DNA of 63,882 nucleotides, filler included, from Choristocarpus tenellus KU-1152 (taxonomy: Eukaryota; Protista; Phaeophyceae): the NCBI GenBank assembly GCA_964200185.2. It is 13 parts of 13 records of this genome, joined end to end, with 100 filler letters (N's around TTAATTAATTAA, not from the genome) between each part and the next. Parts side by side here need not be neighbours in the genome. Positions count along the whole stretch, not along the records: positions 24,581 to 27,785 come from CAXNAD020021562.1; positions 27,886 to 30,626 come from CAXNAD020025152.1; positions 30,727 to 35,382 come from CAXNAD020013602.1; positions 35,483 to 39,478 come from CAXNAD020016757.1; 9 more parts are not named here. One strand, 5' to 3'. Below the pieces are notes generated by a model. That model did no database searches, was not told the origin of the DNA, and saw only the letters and a program-made list of their open reading frames with translations. Shown piece after piece: positions 25,112 to 38,286 of this stretch (position 1 is the stretch's first letter; each line of letters begins with the position of its first letter). The position numbers and the translations under genes are program-made.

Positions 25112-27317
25112 CTCTTGAGTATCAACATGATACATCACTGGGATTGGCACACCCCAGCTGCGCTGCCTAGAGATACACCAGTCATTGCGACCCTGAACCA
25201 TGTTGCTAATTCGCTTCTTACCAACATCTGGGATCCATTCCACCTTCACCATCACAGTTTCACACATGGCAGGGGTCACATTAGTCACACATGGCAGGCG
25301 TGCATGTGCGTATGTATAACCCTAACCCTATCATCTAATATTTCAAGTAGTAAATATGCCTAGCCCTACCTCTGTAAATCAAAATAGAATATTTGCAATA
25401 AAAAAAAAATGTAGATGTATTGTACGTAACAGTCCTCTCCATAAAGGAGGATTGACACAAAATAATGGAACACTCACTCTGAAACAAAAATGAATAGAAT
25501 TAAAAAAAAAATACCATGAGATAAAAACATAAAACACTCACAAAAATATCAAGTTTACAGTCATATCTCGAAATAAATAGTCGCAGATTATCCCTCACCC
25601 TAATCCAACATTAGTACACCTATCCTACGAACGCCTTCAACTTGGAAAACCCCACCTTGATCCACACCTCACAACATCCCGTTCACTTCAACTCATCATA
25701 CAAAACACATGGTAGTCCAACATTGCAACACTCCACTTACTGGCAACACAACACTGTAACACTGATAGTGACATAGTGGCATCTCATTCACCCATAAATC
25801 ACACTGCACATGAAGGTTCAAAAGCAGAATGAAAAGGGTTCATACACATATTACAGTACCATATTGCAGTACCTTATTACATTACCTTATTACAGTACCA
25901 TATTAAAGTACCTCATTACAGTACCTTCTTAAAGTACCATATTACAGTACCATATTAAAGTACCTTATCAAAGTACCATATTACAGTACCTTCTTAAAGT
26001 ATGTTATTACAGTACCTTATCAAAGTAACTTATTACAGTTCCATATTAAAGTAACTTATTACAGTACCATATTAAAGTAACTTATTACAGTACCAAGATA
26101 AACCCTTCCCTCCCCCTCACCCCCCAGTGCAGTGCAGCACAGTCTATCTTAGACATGGACAGGTTCTGTAAGAAATTAAACTAACTCGTTACTACCCACT
26201 ACCCTAACCCTTAGTGAAAACTGTAAGAAAAACAAGAAACTATATAAAAAATAATAAAAGATACCAAAAAACTATTTCATGCAAACCTTGCCCAGGACAG
26301 TGCCGCTTAGGTTAATATAGGAGTTAAGGTTAATATATTCATAGCCATAGTCATCATAATACCAATCTTCCCCATCAGTAATATATATCAATATAGGGTT
26401 AGGGTTAGGGTAGATAAACACACACAAAAATAGTAGTATTTACTACACAGCAAATAACATACCTATACACTGTTTGCCTTTGGGAGGCATGTTTTCTTCT
26501 TTCATACTTGCCTTTTTGTTAAACAGTTTATCATAATAATAAATCAAATGCAAGGGAGGTGGGTGGGTGATCTGACTACAGGTACAACTGTCTTACACAA
26601 AAGATCAGATATAGTACTACATAGAATACCAGTTAATTCAATTACTTAGTTAAAGTAAGCAAGAGGACAACGTGACAGATGTGCAAAACTTAAGTTCTTG
26701 TACAAGTTCATATAGGGGGTTAGGGTTAGGGTTAGAGTGAAAGTATCTTATAGGGTACGAGTTTTGCCCTGTTTGTCTAATGTCCGTGTGGGGCTTGACA
26801 TCCCACGGGCTTTTAATGACATACTACCTCCTCCAAAACGTTTTGGAGTAGGTAAAGTGCATACGTTATGAAAAGTTGTGTCTGGAATAAGGATATTGAC
26901 ACTTCCTAACAAACACGATAGCCGAAATTACATCAAAATCGCAACATTGGATTTTGGCCCCCAAATGGACGCGGCTCTACCCTCTAACATACTTTGACTC
27001 TTAGTTCATATAGGGGGTTTATTTCTTATTTTCTGCCAAAAACTTCCAAACAATGGAGAATCCAATACTCTCAGGTAACATCATAGATGGTACATACTAC
27101 ATACTAAATACTATACCAAGGCAGCACAGCACACCTTGTTGATCTCCTCCATGGCATTGTCCCTGAACCTGTCCACTGAAGCGAACCACTGGTCTGTTGC
27201 CCGGAATATGGTAGGTTTCTTAGTTCGCCAATCATAGGGGTACTTATGGGGATACTCCTCTGCCTTAAGGAGACCCCCCGCCTCCTCAAGGGCCTTGAGA
27301 ACCTCCTCGTTCCCCTC
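25112..27317 (-). CDS. ileS: Isoleucyl-tRNA synthetase, bacterial/organellar type, two internal exons
   Basis: Exon 27317-27135 encodes [22 protein letters not shown]. Exon 25243-25112 encodes [25 protein letters not shown]. Phase-0 GT-AG junction. Confidence 0.92.
25847..26095. repeat. 13-bp minisatellite (TATTACAGTACCW), ~19 copies, intronic
   Basis: Directly visible tandem units TATTACAGTACCA / TATTAAAGTACCT. Confidence 0.9.
26735..27000. mobile_element. MITE subfamily B (opposite orientation) inside the IleRS intron
   Basis: GAGTGAAAGTATCTTA...CATACTTTGACTC, the reverse complement of 20208-20468. Flanked by TTA on both sides, next to a TTAGGG tract. Confidence 0.82.
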
Positions 27318-27899
27318 CTATATTGGGTAGTCAGCATACAGAATAAAAATAGGATGGGTGGGATTAGGGTTAGGGCTAGTAGCAGTCACAGCTTGCCTTC
27401 ACTTCACCCTTCCATGCATTGCATAACATAATATAACATAACATAACGATACAATTATGTTACGTCGCCACAGACTCCCTTTTGAGGCAACAAGTCGCCC
27501 CAATGGACACAACGCTGCCCTGTTTCTTTTCCAGCAATTGAACCCAGAGAATAACAGCATTTCAAAAGAATATTCTATAACCAACTAAATACTGGGTCTA
27601 CCTACCTCTTCGAAGTAAGGGAGGCACTTATCTTTTCAAAATACTCTAACCCTTGTTCCGGACTACAGATCAGAATAAAAATAGCGTTAGGGTTGTCATC
27701 ACCAGAATACCTCCCAGTTCAATCAAACATGAAAACAAACTTGTATCAGGGCCTAACACACTCTCCCCCCCCCACCCTCACCCAANNNNNNNNNNNNNNN
27801 NNNNNNNNNNNNNNNNNNNNNNNNNNNNNTTAATTAATTAANNNNNNNNNNNNNNNNNNNNNNNNNNNNNNNNNNNNNNNNNNNNTTTAAAAAAGGGGT

Positions 27900-27955
<56 letters not shown>

Positions 27956-28199
27956 GGGCGCCATTGTGCTTATGAGCTGTTGTGGAGTACGATCTCAAAA
28001 GTTGTTTATGAGTTGGGAAGATATGTAAGGGCGCCTCCGCCTTCTATTGTGTAGTATACGTAGTGTGCAACTTTGGGACCATCACTACCCCCATTTGCCT
28101 CAACCTATGCATACATACATAGACACAAGGGTGCTACACAAATTATCTGAATGAATGACTCTATCCGCAAGTTATCCGTTAGAAATGCAGGAACTCAAA

Positions 28200-28272
28200 G
28201 GGTTAGGGTTAGGGATAGGGTTAGGGTTAGGGATAGGGTTAGGGTTAGGGATAGGGTTAAGGTTAGGGTTAG
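28200..28272. repeat. Interstitial telomere-like repeat (TTAGGG with periodic ATAGGG variants)
   Basis: About 12 hexamer units visible. Confidence 0.9.
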
Positions 28273-28440
28273 TAAGAGTCGACTTCTCTCCCCCTCCCCC
28301 CCCCCCCCCCCCCCCCCCCCTCCCCTTTTTTTTTTTTGTTTTTTTTTTTTTTTTATTTGGGGAAAAATTCTCCCTCCNNNNNNNNCCCCCTCCCTCCCCC
28401 TCCTTCCGTTTTGATTTTGGGTCTTACTTACGTTCAACAG

Positions 28441-30059
28441 GGAGAAAACATGCCTCCCCACGTCTTCAAGGACCAACTGAGGCGAGTGTTCAACATCAAA
28501 CTGAGTCCAACGGTGAGTCAGTTTCTCAAACCACGGGGATATATCAATGGTGCAGTAGACCCATTTCGGCAAGGGCTTTGGATGTTGGCGTTTTCACTTA
28601 TCCAGTAGTCAATATTATTTCAAATGTGTTGGAGTGTGCTATACTGAGTCCGGGCTCTAGGGCATTGGGTAGCAAAGACACTGGAGCAGTCCACGGTTTT
28701 TATGCAATGATGATATCCCCTAACTCTACTCCTAAGGAATTAAAGTAAGGATAATGCCAATCTCATTGGCTGGAAGTGTCTGATCGGAAGTGCGTCTTGT
28801 TCACAAATGTCAGTCCTGGCGATTTTCTAGCGCCTGTTTCTTACCCCTAACCCTAACCCTAACCCTAACCCTAACCCTAACCACAACTCCATTCCAAATG
28901 TTAGATTTCTGAACCAAACGAGGATGACAATTGCCGAACTCATACCCACATTTACCCCCTGTCTTCATCCAAAGAGTACCTTAAAGCCTCTAGTGGGACA
29001 GTCCACACCCAAGCGATGCCAAGATAAATACCAATGGTGGTAACCGCAATGAAAACCAGAAGATATATACCGTTATAGCAATGTTGAGGACACACGGAAC
29101 GATGCATGGCAAGCACATCCTTTTGGGTCAATGCGACATGTAGGTCATTCCATTTTATTGATGCAAATATTTGTTTTCTTTTCATTCACGTCACCTATCA
29201 TCTCTACATCATCACCACCACCACCAATACTTTCATTATTACCAATTTCGATATTGACATAGGTTCTGGCACGTCAACAGATCTGAAAAACCATTCTTGT
29301 TGAGGAGCATCTGTTCCATCAGCAGCATCCCACACTCTGTCAACTAGGCAAGACATAAACCAAATCAAACAGTTCCAAAGTAATCAGTGAGGCTCACATA
29401 GATGTGGACACGCCTCCATCCCGACTCTGTCTTCTTTCGTGCAGGAGCTTGGTGCTGTAATGCATCAGTTTGATGCCAATGGTGACGGGGTCATAAACGT
29501 TGTGGAGTTCACGAAAACCTTTTTTAAGATGGGTTTTGATGAGAGGTGGAAGCGGACAAAGGATAGGCGGAATGCTGAACTCGTGAGTTAAAGAATTAGG
29601 ACCTTCCCAAAACGTGTCCCTTGAACAGAATTGCAGTTGCATGTACTTCTTTGTAGCGAGACCAGCACTGGGGGTTACTGTTCAGCTATTAATCTACAGT
29701 TACGGACCCTTAGCCTTCCATCTATAACCATGATAAGGTGGAACAGGAGGGTCTACTTCATAGTTCAGGCGGTATTGTAAACCTGCTGGGATAGGGTCGG
29801 AGGGTGGTCAACTAGAGTGTAGGCAGTACATGCTGCCCGATTGGTGAAGGACTATTCTGTAGCAAACCCACCTAACTGCATGGTATGGTGCTGACAACGT
29901 TCTTGGGAAAATAACCAACCACCGAAAGAGTTATCGCATGGTAAAATAGTGTGCCTGTTGCCCCCCCTTCACTTTATGGTTTGCCAGGCACGGCAGAGGC
30001 AAGAGATGGAGGAGGAGAAGCACAAAGAGGAAGAAGCAAGCAGGAAGAACGCCCTTAAG
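28441..30059 (+). CDS. EF-hand-containing protein, three internal exons
   Basis: Phase-0 exons 28441-28512, 29445-29582, 29988-30059 give GENMPPHVFKDQLRRVFNIKLSPT-ELGAVMHQFDANGDGVINVVEF...-ARQRQEMEEE. Canonical EF loop DANGDGVINVVE. Confidence 0.75.
28844..28882. repeat. Interstitial (CCCTAA)n tract in an intron
   Basis: Six perfect CCCTAA units. Confidence 0.9.
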
Positions 30060-30826
30060 GTGTGGCAATCCTTTACCCGAACGAACACTTTGATGAACAG
30101 CGTTTCCCTCCCTGCAGGACTAAAAACATTTGCTTTGAAATATCAAATAATAGTGTAACAAAAAAACAAATGCTACTGTGTAAGATGTGCCTTACACAGG
30201 TGTGCCTTGACAGGTACAACATAACATAAACATGTACATCATGGCACCGGAGACGTGCCAAGATCAAGGAATTCAGTCAAACGCGAAAAATAAAAATAAT
30301 TTCTGCACCAAGAAGCAGTGCTGAAGGAGTTGATATGTAGCATAGAACTAATGAAATGCAACTGAATCTTATAAAAAAAAACCCAACAACAACAACAACA
30401 AAGAAAGGAATGAGGTTGACCTCCCTAGGTATCGAAAACTTGATTGTACACTGTGCATCCACATATTTTAGTGCCACAACCCTGTTTTTTAATTGTAAGT
30501 ACTCGTGTGCATGGTTTAGGCATCATTATAAAAAATGAAGGGTCAAAGTATCTTGGGGGGGGGGGGGGGGGGTTTTTTGGTTGTGGAGTGGGCACACGGC
30601 TCGTCGAAACAATTGTTTTTTTTCATNNNNNNNNNNNNNNNNNNNNNNNNNNNNNNNNNNNNNNNNNNNNTTAATTAATTAANNNNNNNNNNNNNNNNNN
30701 NNNNNNNNNNNNNNNNNNNNNNNNNNGGGGGCAAGGGGTAAAAAAAAATGATACGATTTTTTCTATTGTTAGCTACACGAGCATAAATATGTATATATGT
30801 ATGTGAGTATATTATTTCCATGTAAA

Positions 30827-31006
30827 TGTGAAACTGTATTCTAGTATTAATATTAATATTATTAATAATAATTTTAATACTGTAATTGACAAGTCCAATC
30901 GCTGTTGGTATGTGAGACTGTATTCTAGTATTAATATTAATAGTAATATTAATAATAATATTAATACTGTAATTGGCAAGTCCAATCGCTGTTGGTATGT
31001 GAGACT
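30827..31006. repeat. Tandem duplication of a ~90-bp AT-rich unit
   Basis: ACTGTATTCTAGTATTAATATTAAT...AAGTCCAATCGCTGTTGGTATGTGAGACTG occurs twice. Confidence 0.85.
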
Positions 31007-31224
31007 GCCCTTCCCCGAGGTGGTTACATACTGATAGCATTAACGGCATAATAATAATAAAAATATCCCGTAGGTACCCTCACCTGACTAATAATAATAA
31101 TAGTACAGAATTGTAACTTATGAGAGTCACCCTCCATCGAGTGTATAGAGTTTATTGAATCAGTTTATTCAATCACACAAAACACACCCACAATAGCCCA
31201 TTTATACAATAAAACGATGCAAGC

Positions 31225-31313
31225 CATGTTCTGCTGCACTCCCTGGTACATCCTAACCCTAACCCTAACACATGTTCTGCTGCACTCCCTGATACATCCT
31301 AACCCTAACCCTA
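31225..31313. repeat. Tandem duplication of a ~45-bp unit ending in CCTAAC repeats
   Basis: CATGTTCTGCTGCACTCCCTGRTACATCCTAACCCTAACCCTAA occurs twice. Confidence 0.85.
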
Positions 31314-31423
31314 ATCCTAGCCAAGGATTAGAATCTTTGTGTTAATATGTGCTCAGATATACCTGCAATCTCTACCCACCCATCCACCCACCCACTCACC
31401 CACCTACCCACCCAGCTAGCTAC

Positions 31424-34400
31424 CTCATGGCGAGATGTAGTCTTGTCTTGCCAAGAATCGCTGCTACTGCCCCTGCTCTAGCTTCCCTTACCGCCTTCCT
31501 TGTGGCCTGCAACTCCGCCCTCTCCCTCCACGCCCCAGTGATGCGTTTCAGGAGCGACATAGACGCCTGCCATATTATATAACATATAAATGATCAATTT
31601 TGAGTTGCAAAATGCAGCAACAAGCGAGACAGGTTTCGACATAGTTAGGAAGGCGGGGTTGTGGTTTGAAGGGCGAACGAAATACAATGGATTAGAAAAA
31701 ATCTGTCTGTTTAACTTAGAAAAAGAGGGGGTATTGATCGATACAAATAAAGGCTTTAATAAAAAAAAAAAGTTTTGACTGTGGGGTGTACTTTGTCTTC
31801 CAAGCTACTCCAGTACTATTATCAATTTTCTTACAAGAAAACTTGCTTTCAGTAACATTCAAGAAATGTATATTTTTATTAGGGTTAGGGTTAGGGGGGG
31901 GAGGGGGAGATTAGTTTTTGTTCGTGTTAACTACAAAAAACGCCTGATATCTCCGTGGGATTTCTCTTCGTAACAAACAACCCCCCCCGGCAATTTCAGA
32001 ACACATTTCATCATCTTTATGTACATATTTAAAAATGGGATATCCAACGCCATCCATGTCCAACACGCAGTCTGAGTCCACACCACCTCACTAACAAATT
32101 AATATATTTTTTTACTCTGATAATAGTCTACCCATCGCTTTTCCAACAGACTTGATAAATAATAAAAAAAACATATCAAGGGTTGATCTCCATACAACAC
32201 GACAAAACACCAATATTCCCACATATATTTATTACAATATTTCTGGCGATTCTTGCGCCGGAAAGTCCTTTGCTCGGTGATTAGCACACCAGAATGAAAG
32301 CACCATCATTCATAGAGAGGGAGAGGAAGTATAGAACAGTCGAAATCTATCAAACATACAAGCATAGTATGTGCCATTGATCAGGAGGGGGATTATAAAA
32401 AATTGTGCCTGACACCCATGGTTCAAATCAAGGCAATACCCATCGTATCCCAGACATTATCAAAGACCTCGGGTACCCACCCTTTAGTGACCCATGCCTA
32501 ACATGATGGCTAAGTGAGTGTATAACTAGGACAGCAAAGGCTATCAGTGCCTAAGGTGGAGTTATTATCCAAATGCATGAAGGTCATGCATAGGGATGCA
32601 AGGGAGTACTCTCCCCTCTGAAGGTCAGGACTAGTGTCCTCTCAAGCCTGTATGTCCTCAGGTTCCACCCTATTGAAGTGCTCTGTCCAAAAACAAACTT
32701 ACCCTCTCTGGAGAGTACAGAGACAGTCATCGCTCACAGTAGATTGGTGTTATTTTTACTATGTACAGGAGGAAACAAACAAGAAGTCCACTACATTTCA
32801 CTATTTATTCTTGCTACTGCATGCACTATTAGTTCATATGTTTAACTATTGATTCATATATTTAACTATTAGTTCATATATTTAACCTGTTCAGCAGAGA
32901 AGATAAGAGAAGCAATACATACGCACACAACCAGACTCTTAGAGTATTGGAGGTCAATAAGAATAATAACAATACTACTACTACTACTACTACTAATTGC
33001 TCACCTTGACTGTCGCCCTTCTTGACTCCTCTTTCTGTACCACTATCAATGCCGACACCCTCCTCCACCTCCACAGTGCCTGCAGCACCTTTTTCCTAGA
33101 GGTGACAACCACAACAATGTCAAACATAACACTGTCAAGCATAACACTCAAAAAAAGAAAAAAAAAGTGTTGAAACGTATAATGTCTCCACGTGTCATAT
33201 TTGTTATTATTATACCCTTGTGTGATAATATTTATTATTGTGATACCCTTGTGTAATAATATTTATTATTAATTATATACCCGTATGTGATAATATTTAT
33301 TATTATGATACCCTTGTGTGATAATATTTATTATTATGATACCCTTGTGTAATAATATTTATTATCATTACACCAGTGCGTAATAATATTTATTATTAAT
33401 TATATACCCGTGTGTGACAATGTTTATTACTATCATACCCTTATGTGATCATATTTATTATTATTGTACCATCATGTCTGTGTAAGAGGGCACCTCAAGC
33501 CGTTTGCGTATCAACTCACATGAAAAAATAAAAATATACCTAACAACCAAAAAAACAAGAAAAATTTCCTAATGCGCAAGGCAAGGACTACAACCGTTAC
33601 ATCAGTTACACATTGACACAGACAAAACACCCAGTGTCCTGTAACTAGTACTCATTTTTTCATACACTTAACAAAAAAAAATTACCTATGCAAATAAATA
33701 ATAAAAATAACTTTGCATTCAACTACAGTTTTGTCAGCCACTCTGACGATGATGACAAATGATTGACCAATGAGAAGGCTCCTTGCCACTAAACCCTTCC
33801 GATTTGGCGATCTCATTTTTGGTTGGATGTTGTGCACCATACACTGTCTACGCTATGCCCACCTACATTTTGCACATGTCATCATGGAGGAAACAAGGTA
33901 AAACATGCATGCAAGGTGGAGAATACAACATGACAAGAGCAGAGTCTGAATTGAATACACCTAGGGGCTCTCGATACACTAATTAGAGCTAGTGCTGCCA
34001 TTATACGACTGTATTGTTCTACTTTTGATACTACAATACTGTTCTACTTTTGACACTACAATACTGTTCTACTATTGACACTACAATACTGCCTGCCAAT
34101 GAGGTAATCACCTCTCACAAGTTTCTGAGAGTGTTACACAGCAAAGGGTTACCTGTATCAGGAGTCCTCAAGTAGAGCTTTAGAAGAGATATTATTAATA
34201 TTAGTTATGATAATTAAAAGGATAATGAACAAGCTGTGAGGGGTATGCATAGCGATTCATCTAATCAAAGAATAACCAGTATCATACTCGATACCTAATG
34301 TTATTTACACAAGCAAATAATTTAAGCTGCACTGCCTGTTCAAAACTCCCTCCTCCCTCAGCTCTTCACTAGCCTCTTGTGATTGCCATACACATGTTCA

Positions 34401-35196
34401 AAAAGTACTACTACTACTAATAGTAATAGTAATAGTAATAACACTAACAGCAATAATATATAAATGATAAAATACTACTACTACTACTACTACTAAACTC
34501 ACACACATATAATAACTATTATTTTATTTGAATGGGTGAGAGACATCGTGGATACTGATTGGCCAACCAAACACAAAAAAAGAAGGTCAGACACTGCAAC
34601 AAAAGGATATACCATGCCTGCCTTTGAGAGACGAGACACTGAATCAAAGCAAACCAGAGGTGCCCAGGTATTGGCCGTTTTACCATTTAAAGCCAGTTCT
34701 TACAATCTCTTGCAGGTCACCCATATTTCTATGGATGAAGTGTTGAGTTTGAATTAAGAGTGTCGATTTGTCTATTGTTTGAAGATTCGAGCAGGATTAA
34801 GAAAATATCCTACAAGCATTTTGCAAAAAAAGAGAGTAAAGTTTTACCCATATTTGTCAGTGTGTTAAAAAACAACATACAAACGCCAACGATATCTATA
34901 GAACCCCCCCCCCCCAACAATACTCCGCTCTTCTCAACACCCAACGAAAAACTTGCCTCAGCAACACCCCTGCACCCATCAGCACGCCTTCACAATCTCT
35001 CTCCAACCCCCCCCCTGCCTCAGCTGCTCGCTGTTGTCGACCAATCGCGTCCACACTGATACGCCTCCACCGAAGGAGTGTTGCAAGAAGCGAACGCTCT
35101 CGCATGCTTTGTATAGCTTGGGAGGCTTTTCCTTCAAGGAGATCAGTCGATGCGATCCTCAGGGACCATGACCGGAGTGAGAGCACAGCCAAACGC
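31424..35196 (-). CDS. Internal exons of an Sfi1-like (Trp-repeat, centrin-binding-type) helical protein
   Basis: Exons 35196-~35020 (SLRSW...LLATLLRWRR), 33095-33005 (KKVLQALWRWRR) and 31566-31424 (LLKRITGAWRE). Recurring L-x-x-W-R motifs in basic helical sequence resemble Sfi1 repeats. The donor of the first exon is ambiguous. Confidence 0.5.
33195..33470. repeat. AT-rich minisatellite, ~30-35-bp unit (ATATTTATTATTATGATACCCTTGTGTGATA), ~9 copies
   Basis: Directly visible tandem units. Confidence 0.88.
34009..34091. repeat. ~25-bp tandem repeat (CTGTTCTACTTTTGACACTACAATA) x3
   Basis: Directly visible. Confidence 0.8.
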
Positions 35197-35763
35197 CTGC
35201 AAGGTGTACACGTGCGTGTGTGCGTGTGTGCGTGTGCGATTTGTGTGTGTTCGTGGTGGAAGGGGACAGGGGCAGGAGAGGTCAGGAAAAGAAAGGTCTT
35301 GTCAAGTTACATTCTTGTGTGGGATGGGGTGGGGCATGCGTATCTGCAAATTCAGGGGGGCGAGGTTGGAGGCTGAGGTTGGNNNNNNNNNNNNNNNNNN
35401 NNNNNNNNNNNNNNNNNNNNNNNNNNTTAATTAATTAANNNNNNNNNNNNNNNNNNNNNNNNNNNNNNNNNNNNNNNNNNNNAGGGGGTGGGGGGAAGGT
35501 GAAGGAGGAGGTGTGTTGTTTCCCCTATAAGAGACCGGATATAAATACCCCAATTGTATACTAGGAGTACGTATCCTGTGCAATGCGTGTTAGAGACTTT
35601 CAGGCCCCCTTCCTCTTGCCCACATGACACTGGTCCCCCCCTTTTGGTTGTTACGTTTGTTTTCCTCATGGTGGATGTTTGGACGATATTATTGCGTTAC
35701 CCGTCTGTTACTTGGTGTGAACGTCTCGTGACTCCGTGAATGGCGGTTGGATGCTAGTTGCAG

Positions 35764-36206
35764 GAGCAACCAAAGACTGACCTTTGTGTGACAGTATTGT
35801 TCCTTCCCAAGGGCTCCCCTGTGCTCTTGGACCTGATCTCGCCAATCAAGGTATGTGTGTGTGTGTGGGGGGGGGAGGGGGGGGGGGTCACAGCGACAAG
35901 GTGTAGGCAGGTCCCCACTTGCAAGTTATCTCAAGCACCTGCGTGTGTTGCACACATAGATTGGTGTGGTTTGTTGGTGCTCACGTCCACAGACACATGT
36001 ACAAGCATACATACTCAAGTGCGTATCTTTGATAGGTGTGTGTGTGTGTGGGGGGTGTTGTCCCTTGCCTTCCCCAGACTATTGTAGATGGAGTTTTTAT
36101 TTTCCCTCTGTTGGTAGTATACAGCCACATACCCTCTGCGCTCCCTCCCAAACAAACAGCTCATTTCTGCATTTTTTGTTGTTGTTGACTTCTCCAGTGT
36201 AGATAG

Positions 36207-36243
<37 letters not shown>

Positions 36244-38286
36244 AGACCCCCCACCAAACACACACAATTATGTTTAGNNNNNNNNNNCCCCTTCCCCCCC
36301 CCCACCCCCCTCCCGTTTCTCTTTTTTTTTTTTTTTGCTGCTCCCGCTAGTTATAGCCCCCCCCCCCCCCCCCCCCATATGCCTGACGCATAATAAACGT
36401 CACGATTTTGAAAGTATTTGTTTTGGGTACACACACACACCTACACCTTAATTGCACTTGTGGGAGAGTGGTGTGTGTGTGTTTGCCTTGTGTATCCTAC
36501 TGTGGCACTTTGGGACCCACTCTTGCGATGCCTTCATGGGTGAAGATGATGTGCAACCCTGTCTGTGCTTGACGTTTCTGGGAGAGGGATTCAAACCGAA
36601 AAGTATCTCGTATTGTAGAGAGTGGTCTTTGAAGAATTGATACGAACTTTTCTTGTATTTTGTTACTTTATCATTTGAAGAAAAAAAAAACTCTTGTGCG
36701 TCCATCGTGTGTTTCCACGTTTTTTTATTTTTTTTTTTTTTGTGTTCAACAACATCGATTGTGATACCTGCTTGCCAAGCTCTCTTTGCCCTTACGCGTC
36801 ACATTTTGTCTGGTGGTGGTGATAATGATGTGGTGATAAATGTGTGGATTTAAAAAAAAAGAAAAATATATTGATCGTCGACGTTATGCCGAATCTCTCG
36901 TTCATTTTTATTCAAGAGCTAACCCGAGACTTGCATGGCGGCGATGGGATTTGCGTTTTGATTTCACATTTGTTGTTGTTGTTGTTGTTGTTGTGTGCAT
37001 CGTTTTTTTTATTTTTTTATTTTCTTGTTGTAGGATCTTGAAGACAGGCTGAGGAAGGCACTGCTAGACAACAAACTTGATGCGGTACACTGTGTGGACA
37101 CCATTGACGGAGGCTTACCCAACCTCAAGCGCAACCTCTTGATGAGCAGGGCCCTACAGGTGAAAGATCATAACGCCTCCCGGTGAACTTTACAGGTTGC
37201 CGATTGTGTACATGACGTTGATTCGGAGATAGGCGGTCAATACATTAAGATCTTGGGTCGGGTTGAGAGTTTGAGTTGCTTGCTGCTGATGGAAAAAATA
37301 TTGGGGGAAATCGGCCAGGTATGGCTTGAGAAAAGTGCTGGTGTGTGAGAAGATATGATGATAAATACAGAATTACTAATAGTGTACATCAGTCCGTGTT
37401 ACTGTATGCTGTCAACGTTTTATGCTCCTCTCTATATGAGGTTGTGCTATCATCTTAGTAGGTGGTGGTGGTCGAGGTTTTAGTTTTCGGGTGTTGTTGT
37501 GTTGATGTTGTGCCTTCCGGTAGATGAATCTGTTGGAACAGACTAATGGGTCAACTGTTGGTGTTTTGTAATCCCTAGATTATCCATGAGGAGAATGTTA
37601 TTTAGGTACTGGAAGTGGTCGAAGCGTGGATTGAAATGTGACCCTGTTTGCTCGGTTTGATGCAGTAGGGATGTAGTTGCATGCAGGTCACTCACTCTTC
37701 GCAGGTGTCGATGGATACTGATTTTCGACACGGTTTCTTTTCTGCTCTACCAATTCTGCATTGAGGTGCAAACATATTTGTGAGAACATCTACATCACAG
37801 TAGCATATTTGTGTTTATTATTGGGTTACACTACACCTCTTGTGAGGACTTGGCAGGAATATAGGGAGTCCAGTGCTCTCGGTGTGTGTAAGGTAAATGG
37901 GGGAGGTCAATGTGCAATTTTCAAGAGTTTGTTGTGGTAACAGTCGTGATGTCGATGTTCCCCCCATGGCACACGAGTTTTTCGGTTTTTCTTGTGTGTT
38001 TCTTGTGTTCCCTTCCAATACCCCACCCGCCTACCGAGAAAAATTACTCTTGTTCATGGACAATCACCCACAAAGTTTTTGGCATCTGACCGTTCTCTTT
38101 CTGTTTTATTACAAAAACCCAAACGTGATGTCGTATCAGGATACTGGTCAGGCACTCAGGGGTCTGGGAGCCAGCTTCAACTCTGGCCGTGACATGTACC
38201 CTATGCAACCAATAGGATCTCTAGGTCGCTTCAGCTCCTCTGACATGCTCTTAGAACAGCTGTCCACCAGCATGGGAAACTCGTAG
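35764..38286 (+). CDS. Hypothetical protein, last three exons
   Basis: Phase-0 GT-AG exons 35764-35850, 37034-37159, 38140-38286 join in frame (EQPKTDLCVTVLFLPKGSP...DLEDRLRKALLDNK...STSMGNS-stop). No family recognised. Confidence 0.6.

Noticed and set aside
25847-33470. AT-rich arrays as CRISPR arrays
   Set aside because: They are head-to-tail minisatellites without unique spacers.
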